A stretch of 64,000 nucleotides of DNA from Planctomycetota bacterium. Lineage in GTDB: Bacteria > Planctomycetota > SZUA-567 > H5-PLA8. The stretch covers positions 1 through 64,000 of the forward strand of contig BTVV01000012.1 in the NCBI GenBank assembly GCA_045863855.1, in the 5' to 3' direction. A model generated the notes under the pieces. The model did not search any database and had not been told where the DNA came from. It saw nothing but the letters and a program-made list of their open reading frames with translations. The translations under genes and the position numbers were made by a program. Below are positions 1 through 8,573 of the stretch, in pieces. How positions within the stretch are numbered: the first letter of the stretch is position 1; every line of letters begins with the position of its first letter.

Positions 1-879
1 CAACTGCTTGACCTTGTGAATATGCTTTGCTCGCCAGTTCCTCTTTTCGGCCCCGAGACTGCCGCTTTTCAGTGCCTTTGCAAATTGTAGGGCATACTTC
101 CTAATTTCGCTCCTGCGGTGGTTCTCGTTCCTAAAGCGTCGCGGGTGCTTCTTGTCGAAGGGCCTGGATGGAACATCCTCGTGGTCGTGGTAGAGGTAAT
201 TAAGTAAAGCATCCACCTCCATATTGATCGGAAGAGTTCTCCAAAGACGCTGAATGGACTCATAGTGCTGGACCAACTCATGGTATTGCTCTAGAAACTT
301 GTCGTAATCGCCAAAATTATCCGCCCGCACGACATAGTCCGGTGCGTCAGGGGGCAATTTAGTTAGTAACGGCAATGGTGAACCATTTTCTTCATCAACA
401 TTGCTTCTCGCTTGTTTCTTTTCGTCCAGGTCTTCTTCGACCACGGATCTTGCATGCCCCCACCACTCCTTAAAAATCGCATGCGCCATCTTTGCCTTGG
501 CACCTTGAAGAATAACGCCGACTTCGTGCCTCCTTGAGAATGCGGTTGCGGTTAGGTTCGCGGAGGTGACTAGGGCAAAGTTGTCGTCCACGATATATAG
601 TTTGGCGTGAAGGCCGCGGAGCGTTTTCACCACGCCATTTCTAAAAAAATGTTGCAGCGTATTGGTTCTGAAGTTTCCTTCTTCCTTGTCGAAAAGGAGG
701 CGCGGGTCTCTCACTCGCGTTTCCCATCCAGTGCCTAGAATGCGCCGCACACCGCTAGACCAACCACCAATATAGGGAGAGGCAATCCAAAGCCGTTGCT
801 TTGCCTTATCTGCTGCTTTTCGCAGAGCGTAAGTCAGTTCCTTGCCGTAAACGAGCTGCGTATCACTGGCTCTACTCAT
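1..879 (-). CDS. Phospholipase D (HKD) family nuclease-like protein, 3' end beyond the window (>293 aa)
   Basis: Not in the ORF track. Manual translation from ATG 879 is open to base 1: MSRASDTQLVYGKELTYALRKAADKAKQRLWIASPYIGG...VKTLRGLHAKLYIVDDNFALVTSANLTATAFSRRHEVGVIL, containing IASPY, HxKxxxxD, SANLT and the downstream Glu. Confidence 0.85.
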   Translation of the reverse strand, partial: MSRASDTQLVYGKELTYALRKAADKAKQRLWIASPYIGGWSSGVRRILGTGWETRVRDPRLLFDKEEGNFRTNTLQHFFRNGVVKTLRGLHAKLYIVDDNFALVTSANLTATAFSRRHEVGVILQGAKAKMAHAIFKEWWGHARSVVEEDLDEKKQARSNVDEENGSPLPLLTKLPPDAPDYVVRADNFGDYDKFLEQYHELVQHYESIQRLWRTLPINMEVDALLNYLYHDHEDVPSRPFDKKHPRRFRNENHRRSEIRKYALQFAKALKSGSLGAEKRNWRAKHIHKVKQL

Positions 880-1036
880 GATGCGTTTCCTTTTCTTGAA
901 ATCCTTTGGCGCTCGGCAAGAAGGAAGTCTTCGGCCACGTGTCCGTTGGGACGTTTGCCCACATCATGTCGAGCGACCGCATGGTGGTCCTGTTTGCACA
1001 TCTAAAGATCAGCATCTTCTTCTGCGAATCAACGGC

Positions 1037-1585
1037 TCATGCGTCATTTGTCCGGCGGATCTGGACGTCAACAAACTCTCGAAGCCGGGATTCCGAAATT
1101 CCTAGTTCTTCTAAACATTTAATCGCTTGGTCCATCAACTGGTCCCTACGCGCCTTGGCCGTGGCGACTTTTTCCGTCAAGCCTGCCTGTTCGATCTCTT
1201 CTGCCGTGTACTTCTCCGCAAATTGAAGAAGGTACGGCAAGGTCGCCCCGAAGGGCAGAATCGCCTGCCTGGACTGCCCCTCGCTCCAAACGCATTTGAT
1301 GGACATCCCGTTCGCGCTGATGAGGCCCTGGTCTATGCGTATGGAAACCGTCTCGCCTTTGACCTTCGTACCGATAAGCCCAATGAGGAACTTGGCAACC
1401 ACTCGTGCCTGTCCGTCCCAGGCCCCTTCCGCCGGCATACTCACGGTTAGCCCTTTCATCGTTACCTTTAGCTGCTGACCGTCAAAGGTGAGTACGGCGT
1501 CGTCCTTTTCGATTAGCTTCCGGACTCGTTTCACGGACCGCAACAGATCCTCGAAATCGGTTCGCGAAAGTTTCAGTTCCGGCAT
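1037..1585 (-). CDS. Hypothetical protein; N-terminal ~100 aa resemble one sliding-clamp (DnaN) domain
   Basis: 182-aa ORF co-oriented with the cassette. The clamp resemblance is by eye only. Confidence 0.7.
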   Translation of the reverse strand: MPELKLSRTDFEDLLRSVKRVRKLIEKDDAVLTFDGQQLKVTMKGLTVSMPAEGAWDGQARVVAKFLIGLIGTKVKGETVSIRIDQGLISANGMSIKCVWSEGQSRQAILPFGATLPYLLQFAEKYTAEEIEQAGLTEKVATAKARRDQLMDQAIKCLEELGISESRLREFVDVQIRRTNDA

Positions 1586-1647
1586 CGGTGGCGTTTCCCA
1601 ATCCCGCTTTCTTACTGCGCGGCATCCGAATTCCAGACCTCTCGAGG

Positions 1648-2262
1648 CTATCGAGCGGAAAGCATGTTTCTTAGGCGATTCAGTTCAGATTCGCTGATGT
1701 AGCTTGGTGTCCTGGTAATCGGAAACGGCCTGCTGAAAATGTCTTCGGGTACATCCGGTGGATTGTGAAGGTCCATCAATTCAGTTCGACAAGCCAGGAA
1801 GGTGCCACATTGGTCGGCCCGGAGTTGGTACTCCTGATCCCATTGAACATGGGTGCGGCATGGTGTGTTGGACACGGCCATACTGGAGGGCTTGGGCTTG
1901 TTTCCACTGACCATGCAGTTTGATGGCAGGCTCCCAACCTCTTTCATGTACCAAGCAGCCGCGTCCGCATGTGAAAGGAACTTCTTGATCACCTCCAGAA
2001 TGGCTACCAGCTTACGGACACCGGCACGCTTTACTGTGATGTACGCAATTATGTCGCCTACCCGTGTACGGCCTACCAGCTTGTCGAGCCGACAAAGGCC
2101 GGAAATTGAAGGGTATTTGCACTCAAAGTCCGGTTCACGGCGAATGGAAGCATCTATGTAAGGGGGCAATCCAAGCTCGGCGACGATGTTCTTGCCCTTA
2201 CGCGTTTCACACAGCGGATGGTAGGAATTCAGGAAAAACCGCTTTCCCTCATCTCTCTTCAT
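1648..2262 (-). CDS. Hypothetical protein, possibly Nmad2/PUA-like
   Basis: 204 aa; the ATG overlaps the helicase stop (ATGA 2259-2262). Segment PSISGLCRLDKLVGRTRVGDIIAYITV resembles the Nmad2 'TLATCKPxIRxxAxxGDW' pattern. Confidence 0.7.
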   Translation of the reverse strand: MKRDEGKRFFLNSYHPLCETRKGKNIVAELGLPPYIDASIRREPDFECKYPSISGLCRLDKLVGRTRVGDIIAYITVKRAGVRKLVAILEVIKKFLSHADAAAWYMKEVGSLPSNCMVSGNKPKPSSMAVSNTPCRTHVQWDQEYQLRADQCGTFLACRTELMDLHNPPDVPEDIFSRPFPITRTPSYISESELNRLRNMLSAR

Positions 2263-5200
2263 CTCGGAGCCTCCGCCCGAGCGAGCAGTTCCGCGAAGTC
2301 GTAGTTCACGCTCGTCACCCCGAAATCCGGCTCGCGTCGGAACGGCTGCCGCACGTAATGGACGCGGTGCTTCTCGCCGTCCAGGAATTCCACGATGGCC
2401 AGAATGAAATGCTCCGGCTGATTCAACGAATAAAGAATCTCGTTCCTGGTGACGGTGACGGTCGCCGCACCGGTCACGCGCCCCTTCACTTCAATGAAGC
2501 GCAGTTCCCCGGTGCCCGGCACGCGGCTTTCGATGTCGTACCCGAGCTTCTCGACTTCGCGGTCGGTGGGCTCGAAACCCAGGGTGCGCTCGACCTCCAT
2601 CACGATAGCGCGCGCACGCGCAGCAGACGCCTGCGTATCCACCGGATCCATGGAGACCGGCGCCGGGCGCCCCATGATCTTGGCCAGCATGCCCATCGGC
2701 ACCACGACCAGTCCGCCCAGCACCACCGGGGGCAGCGCGGAAACCTGGCCTTCGCGATCCAGTTGTTCCAGGCGCTTTTGCAGCCGGCTTTGCAGATCGT
2801 CGGCGCGGCGGCGGGCTTCCTGGCTGTTGAGTTTGGCGTTGGTCTTGCCGGCTTGTTCCTGGGCCTTCAGGTCCTCGGCACGGTGGTCCCAGTAGTTGAT
2901 TTCTTTGGTCAGGCGCTCGTATACCGCCGCGCGGGTCTTGGCAATCCACTCTTGCCGGCGGCCCTTCACTTCCTGGAAGTGCTCGGGCACCACCTGGCCG
3001 ATGGCATAGCCTTGCGCCTTCTTCTCCAGATCGCGATTGATCCACGCGCACTCGGGCCGGTCGAGGATGGCTTGCACGCCGGGTTCGCCGTCGTGCAGGG
3101 GCCGATAATCCAGGTAGGGCGCGTACTGGAGGTGGCGCACGTTGCCGGAGTCATCCAGCTCGACGTAGAGCATCCGCTTTGAAATGGTCCGCCGTTCGCC
3201 GCTTTTCGTGATGCTGGCGTCCTGGATGCTGTGCTCCAGGTAGAAGAGCATGCGGGGCTTCTCGCTTGGGTCGCGTTCGTCCACCAACACCGTGCCGCGC
3301 CGAAGCAAATCGCGATGGCGTTCCATGGTCAGGTCAAGAGTGGCGTCCAGGAGCGGGTGACCCGGACAGACGAAGGCCGCCAGGGCCTGTCCCTGCGGGG
3401 CGATAAAGTCCTTCTCGAAGGCGATGCGCTCATACCGCGACAAGACCGGTTCGCCGATGCCGATCAGGCGGTCTCGATTACGGACAGGTGCGGGTACGTG
3501 AGTGACTTCGTACCGGCGCGGCTCGCGCTGCTTGGCCGTGCCGCCCAACTGTTTGAACGCTTCCAAGAAGAAGGACTCGATATAGTGCGGCTGAAGCCGC
3601 CGGGCTTCGGCGCGCTCCATTTCTTCCCGCACCCTCCGCACGCGGCTGGCATCCATGGCGTCCGTGGCAAGAGCGTGCACGTCCAGTAAGTCCTGAATCT
3701 GATTGCGGTCGAAGGCGCCGGCAATGACTTGATTGAGCCGTGCTCGCACCTCGGGCTTTTCGCCGTAGCGCACCGCTTCAATCAGCAAATCGCGCAGCGG
3801 CTTACCCTGGAACTGGAGCTTGCCCAGCACGTCAAAGACCTGCCCGCCCAGCGCGCGGCGCGCTTCTTCTAATTTCTCCAGCAACGTGCGGTACACATCG
3901 CCTTCGCGCGTTTCGTCGGCGATCAGGTTCCACAAGTGACAGACCTCGGTCTGGCCGATGCGGTGGATGCGCCCAAAGCGCTGTTCGAGCCGGTTCGGGT
4001 TCCAAGGCAAATCGTAATTAACCATCAGGTGCGCACGCTGGAGATTGATGCCTTCTCCGGCGGCGTCGGTGGCGAGCAGTACCTTCACTTGCGGGTCGTG
4101 GCGGAAGGCTTCTTGCGCTTTTTTTCGGTCTTCGCGGCCCAGTCCCCCGTGAATGGTGACCACGGCATCCGCCTGACCGAGGAGGGTGGCGATCTTGTCC
4201 TTAAGGTAAGTCATCGTGTCGCGGTGCTCGGTGAAGATCACGAGCTTCTGACCGGGAGACGCTTTGGGCTTGGGAATCGGGTTCTTGCCGTAAGCGGGAG
4301 CTTCTTCGGCCGCTCGATTGGCGATGGCAGCAGGCGTGAAGATCTCCGACAAAAGGGTGGTCAATTCAGCCCACTTCTTGTCTTCGCCGCTGTTGCGAAC
4401 CTCATTGGCCAGGTTCTCCAGCTTCTTGAGCGTCCTGATCTCGGCTTTCAGTTCGTCGATGGTCCGTGCCGCCGTGGCTTGGTCGAGAATCTGTTCCTCG
4501 GCCTGTTCCTGCTCTTCGCCCGGCGCGTCCTCGAAGTCTTCCAGGTCCTCGGCATCCATGGCCGGTACGTCGGACGCGATGGCGTTGGCGACGGCGCCGC
4601 GTTGCATGAGCTGAAGCTCGCGCATGCGGCTTTCCAAGCGATCCTTACGGCGAACCAGGGACTTGTAGATGGCTTCCGGCGAGGACGCCAGCCGTCGTTG
4701 CAGGATGGTCAGTGCGAAGCCCACGGTCCCAGCGCGCTTATCGTTCTGGAGCGCTTCGGCGCGGTTAAACTCTTCCCGTACATAGTCGGTTACGTCCTTG
4801 TAAAGCCTCGCTTCGCTGTCGGTAAGCTTGTAGGGCACTGTTTTGGCGATGCGCTCCGGGAAGAGCGGCCGACCATCGAACTTGAGCAGCTTCTCCTTAA
4901 CCATTCGGCGCATCAGGTCCGAGACATCCGCGGCGTGCACGCCATCCCGGAACTTCCCCTCGAAGCGGTCGCCATCCAGCAGCGCCATGAAGAGCTGAAA
5001 GTCTTCTTCCTTCCCATTGTGTGGCGTGGCGGTCATCAGCAGAAAATGGCGCGTCAGGGTAGAGAGGAGCTGCCCGAGGCGGTAGCGCTTCGTGTACTTC
5101 ATCTCGCCGCCAAAGAATGTGGCGGAGAGCTTGTGGGCTTCGTCGCAAACCACCAGGTCCCAGCGGCAATCGGGCGCCTTGAGCTTGTCCTGCACGTCCT

Positions 5201-5837
5201 CGTTGCGGGAGAGCTTATCGAGCCGGGCGATGACCAAATCGTTTTCGAGGAACCAATTCCCGGTGCGCGCGGCCTCCAATTTGTCGTTGGTCAGGATCTC
5301 GAACGGCAGGTGAAAACGGCGGTGCAGTTCGTCCTGCCACTGCTCGGCCAGGCTGCCGGGGCAGACGATCAGGCAGCGCTTGAGGTCGCCACGGACGATC
5401 AGCTCCTTGATGAATAGCCCGGCCATGATCGTCTTGCCCGCGCCTGGGTCGTCGGCGAGCAGGAAGCGTAGCGGTTGGCGCGGCAGCATGGCCTCGTAGA
5501 CAGCGGTGATCTGGTGGGGCAGGGGTTCGACCTGTGAGGTGTGCACGGCCAACACGGGGTCGAACAAATGCGCGAGCCGAATACGGTTGGCCTCGGAGAC
5601 CAACCGGAAAAGCGCGCCGTCGCCGTCGAAGCTCCAGGGGCGCCCAACTTCGACGACTTCAAGCGCCGGCTCGTCGTGGCGGTAGAGCAGGCGCTGTTCC
5701 ACGCGCCCTGCGGGATCTTTGTAGGTCAGCTCGACAGCTTCTGAGCCGTGCCACTGGATGCTGACCACTGCGACTTGGCAGTTCGGCAAGATGCCCTTTA
5801 CGGCGGCATTGGGCGTGAGGTCTTCGAGTTTGGCCAT
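2259..5837 (-). CDS. SNF2-family helicase with C-terminal DUF3883/NOV_C PD-(D/E)xK nuclease domain
   Basis: 1192 aa with LLADDPGAGKT, CDEAH, TATPH, TDAAGEGINLQ, EQRFGRIHRIG and C-terminal GYDIES...RFIEVKGR. Confidence 0.92.
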   Translation of the reverse strand: MAKLEDLTPNAAVKGILPNCQVAVVSIQWHGSEAVELTYKDPAGRVEQRLLYRHDEPALEVVEVGRPWSFDGDGALFRLVSEANRIRLAHLFDPVLAVHTSQVEPLPHQITAVYEAMLPRQPLRFLLADDPGAGKTIMAGLFIKELIVRGDLKRCLIVCPGSLAEQWQDELHRRFHLPFEILTNDKLEAARTGNWFLENDLVIARLDKLSRNEDVQDKLKAPDCRWDLVVCDEAHKLSATFFGGEMKYTKRYRLGQLLSTLTRHFLLMTATPHNGKEEDFQLFMALLDGDRFEGKFRDGVHAADVSDLMRRMVKEKLLKFDGRPLFPERIAKTVPYKLTDSEARLYKDVTDYVREEFNRAEALQNDKRAGTVGFALTILQRRLASSPEAIYKSLVRRKDRLESRMRELQLMQRGAVANAIASDVPAMDAEDLEDFEDAPGEEQEQAEEQILDQATAARTIDELKAEIRTLKKLENLANEVRNSGEDKKWAELTTLLSEIFTPAAIANRAAEEAPAYGKNPIPKPKASPGQKLVIFTEHRDTMTYLKDKIATLLGQADAVVTIHGGLGREDRKKAQEAFRHDPQVKVLLATDAAGEGINLQRAHLMVNYDLPWNPNRLEQRFGRIHRIGQTEVCHLWNLIADETREGDVYRTLLEKLEEARRALGGQVFDVLGKLQFQGKPLRDLLIEAVRYGEKPEVRARLNQVIAGAFDRNQIQDLLDVHALATDAMDASRVRRVREEMERAEARRLQPHYIESFFLEAFKQLGGTAKQREPRRYEVTHVPAPVRNRDRLIGIGEPVLSRYERIAFEKDFIAPQGQALAAFVCPGHPLLDATLDLTMERHRDLLRRGTVLVDERDPSEKPRMLFYLEHSIQDASITKSGERRTISKRMLYVELDDSGNVRHLQYAPYLDYRPLHDGEPGVQAILDRPECAWINRDLEKKAQGYAIGQVVPEHFQEVKGRRQEWIAKTRAAVYERLTKEINYWDHRAEDLKAQEQAGKTNAKLNSQEARRRADDLQSRLQKRLEQLDREGQVSALPPVVLGGLVVVPMGMLAKIMGRPAPVSMDPVDTQASAARARAIVMEVERTLGFEPTDREVEKLGYDIESRVPGTGELRFIEVKGRVTGAATVTVTRNEILYSLNQPEHFILAIVEFLDGEKHRVHYVRQPFRREPDFGVTSVNYDFAELLARAEAPR

Positions 5838-6184
5838 GTGCGTCCTGTATGTTCAATAAAAGCCGGCCAAGATCCTGGGCGGGTTAATCTCGGCCGACCT
5901 GGACGGCGGCCATGGCGCCGTTCGAATCTGGACCAAAATGAATCCCACGCAAGGATGGGGTGCTTATATCAGACTAGGCACATGGTGCAAGCGGTAGGGG
6001 CCTATCTTGTTTCAGACGACTGGGAAATGTCTCAAATATCGAGCAGCACAAATGGCAGCAGGACCATTCTCCAGTTCATTGAATAGGCCCAAGGAGCGCT
6101 AAGTTGAGCCCTCCTGTATCCGATTGGCAGGGAGAGTTGGTTAATCTAATCCCAAATAAGGATAAGTCTGGCCCCCAGAGGCCT

Positions 6185-6208
6185 CGCGCGCGCGCACGCG
6201 CGCGTATA
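6185..6208. repeat. 24-bp alternating purine/pyrimidine tract; shares a 15-mer with 9824-9838
   Basis: CGCGCGCGCGCACGCGCGCGTATA, followed by an AT-rich patch (GAATTATTATTTTAG). Confidence 0.8.
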
Positions 6209-6359
6209 AGGTGGGAATTATTATTTTAGGGTTGTGGCTGGGAATAAATGCGGGAAAGATAGGTTCGCCGGGGGCACGGGATGATCACCCGTGGCGGTTG
6301 CTCCGACCGCCTGCCCCCGGCCTTTCTTCCTCGGAGTTGCGCGATGCGGAGCACGCGCC

Positions 6360-7391
6360 ATGGCAGGCTATTCTGATTTCTTGAAGTTCTGCGACCACAT
6401 CGAACATTTCGCCGCAGGCTCAGGCCCGCCCGACCCTGCTCCCGAGTTATTCGAAGCAGCCTTTCGTTTCCTGAGCGAGCGTGGGCGTGAGGACGAAGGT
6501 AAGGCTCTGCGCGAGCTTTATGAAGCCGATCTACGTCCAAAATGGAAAGCCGTCCATGAACGGGTCTTCCCGTTGAATATCTCGGAGACGGACAGGCTTT
6601 CGGTGGAAGCGGTTTGGGCGGTGGAGAGGCGTGAATTGCTTTTGGCCAAGGCGCGGCTTTCAGAACACGTCAAAGGGCTCCGTGCTCGACTTGAATCGGG
6701 GGACGAATCCGCCCAGGACTGGATGCGGCTGCGCGATTTGTTTTGCAATCGTGGAGCGGACATTCTGAGCGCGCACCACCTGGAGAAGAAGCAGGCACTT
6801 CAACGCCAAGCAGGAGCTACCGGAATGGGGTCGAGTGGCGCCCTGACGGCAGGTGAGGTGGTGCTCGAAAGCGAAAGGCAGGCATTGTTGCGCGAGTGGG
6901 AGCGGCTTGTGGATATGGCGGCGATGGGGAAGCGGGAGATGGCAGTGGGGGTTTTGGATGCCAGATATGAATTAGACGAGGTTCGAAGCCGCCTGAAATC
7001 CGTTTTACTTGAGTTCCCGGACCAACTACCGAATCCAGTACCAGACGACTTAGCGGTACGCGACGAAGAGGCCGCGCACGCGGCAGGCTGTGCGACGGAT
7101 GCCCACTCTTCGCGGGCGGAGCATGCAATCTTGACCGCGCGGGGATTATCTGAGGGAAGTCCTTCCAATGGGTACTTCTCTTCGACCGATCTTGCAATGC
7201 GTCATGGACTCGACTCCGAGGCGTTGCGAAAGCGTCTGGAGCGCTGGCGGAAGGAAAACGGGGAAGGATGGATCGAGACGCCCAACAGGAAATCCCGGCA
7301 ACCTGCTGCCACTTACCAGGAGAGCGCTGTTTGGGCTGTACTCAAGGCGCTGAAAGCGCGGAAGGAAACGTCCAGCGAACGTCCAGCATGA
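6360..7391 (+). CDS. Hypothetical protein with probable C-terminal HTH (element regulator)
   Basis: The track ORF starts at 6291 (GTG); ATG 6360 is the more likely start. C-terminal STDLAMRHGLDSEALRKRLERWR is HTH-like. Confidence 0.65.
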   Translation: MAGYSDFLKFCDHIEHFAAGSGPPDPAPELFEAAFRFLSERGREDEGKALRELYEADLRPKWKAVHERVFPLNISETDRLSVEAVWAVERRELLLAKARLSEHVKGLRARLESGDESAQDWMRLRDLFCNRGADILSAHHLEKKQALQRQAGATGMGSSGALTAGEVVLESERQALLREWERLVDMAAMGKREMAVGVLDARYELDEVRSRLKSVLLEFPDQLPNPVPDDLAVRDEEAAHAAGCATDAHSSRAEHAILTARGLSEGSPSNGYFSSTDLAMRHGLDSEALRKRLERWRKENGEGWIETPNRKSRQPAATYQESAVWAVLKALKARKETSSERPA

Positions 7392-7452
7392 CCAATTTTT
7401 CGAGATTGTTTTCCCTATAGAGCGAAGCTGGACGCACTTCCAGCGAATGTCC
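7369..7452. promoter_or_regulatory. Cluster of (CG)TCCAGC repeats, putative operators upstream of the replication operon
   Basis: CGTCCAGC at 7369 and 7380, inverted GCTGGACG at 7427, and TCCAGCGAATGTCC at 7439 matching TCCAGCGAACGTCC at 7371. Confidence 0.5.
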
Positions 7453-7652
7453 GATGACAACATAAGTCATGAACTCCTGATTTACTTCGGGCATGAACGC
7501 ATACGAAATCCCTCTACGTAAGCTGCGCAGGATATTGCACGATACGGAAGTTGCCGACCCCCGCTCGCAGGGGGCTGCGATTCTCCGTCGAGTGCTGGCT
7601 GAGCGCGAAGCCCTGGAATGCCGTGGGTGGCGCCGCGCGGAAAGGCGCGCAA

Positions 7653-8573
7653 GTGAGTGCTGTTGCACATGTACTCACCGCACTGGAGGCCGCCGGTTGC
7701 TCGCCGCGCCCCGCAGGCACGGGTTGGGCCGCAAGGTGCCCGGCGCACGACGACCACAATCCATCATTTCAGCTCGACGAGGGAGACGACGGCCGGGCGT
7801 TGGTCCGATGCCATGCCGGTTGCGATACGCGAGATGTGCTGGCCAGCCTGGGGCTGACCGTCGCCGACCTGTTCAACGGAGATCAATCGAAAACTTCGCG
7901 CCCTGACGTGCAATGCCGCGACCTGAACGGGCGCGAACCTGCACCGCCGCCGAACCCGGACGTTACACGGTTGCAGCGGTTTTCAGAAGAACTCTCGCGA
8001 CGGCAATCTGCGCATCCCGATTCTCAAACGGCGGCACTGTCTCGGCGCGGTATCTCGCGAGAAATAGCCTGCGCCTACGGAATCGCGTTCTTCGACAACA
8101 TTACCTTCGACAGGTGGCGACCAATTGAAAATGTTTGGTGCATCCCGATTCCAACGCCTACCGGTGAGTATCGCGGGGTCAAGCTACACAAGGAAGGCGC
8201 GGCGAAGGGCACCCCAAAAACGCTCTGGGCACCTTTCGGCTCCGAGCCTACTGACCGTCCTCGCCATGGGTGGACAACGCTTTGGCCACCGGCGGAATGG
8301 TTCGCGTCTACCGAGCCAATTACTATTTGTGAAGGTGAATTAAAGGCCGCGGCGGTCTTGAGCGCCGGGCGCAACGCAGTATCGCCGACTACGGGTGCGG
8401 CAACGCGCTGGACACCTAAGCTTGTGCAGCATCTGTATGGGCGACGCGTGGTCATTCTTTACGACGCCGACGACGCCGGAATCAAGTTCCGTAACAATCT
8501 CACTGCGGTGCTTTGTAAAAAAGTGGCGAGCCTTCGCGCAGTCACCTTTCGTCAAAGCCAGGTGGCCAAATGA
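7653..8573 (+). CDS. Primase: zinc-binding domain plus TOPRIM
   Basis: CPAHDDHNPS...CHAGC zinc finger, ICEGELKA and ILYDADDAG TOPRIM motifs. GTG 7653 follows GAAAGG (track start 7551). Confidence 0.85.
   Translation: MSAVAHVLTALEAAGCSPRPAGTGWAARCPAHDDHNPSFQLDEGDDGRALVRCHAGCDTRDVLASLGLTVADLFNGDQSKTSRPDVQCRDLNGREPAPPPNPDVTRLQRFSEELSRRQSAHPDSQTAALSRRGISREIACAYGIAFFDNITFDRWRPIENVWCIPIPTPTGEYRGVKLHKEGAAKGTPKTLWAPFGSEPTDRPRHGWTTLWPPAEWFASTEPITICEGELKAAAVLSAGRNAVSPTTGAATRWTPKLVQHLYGRRVVILYDADDAGIKFRNNLTAVLCKKVASLRAVTFRQSQVAK

Noticed and set aside
69..281. 70-aa minus-strand ORF in the track
   Set aside because: It lies out of frame inside the PLD gene.
1..5837. Calling the cassette DISARM
   Set aside because: SNF2 and PLD genes are present, but no DrmA, DrmB or methyltransferase is visible in the window.
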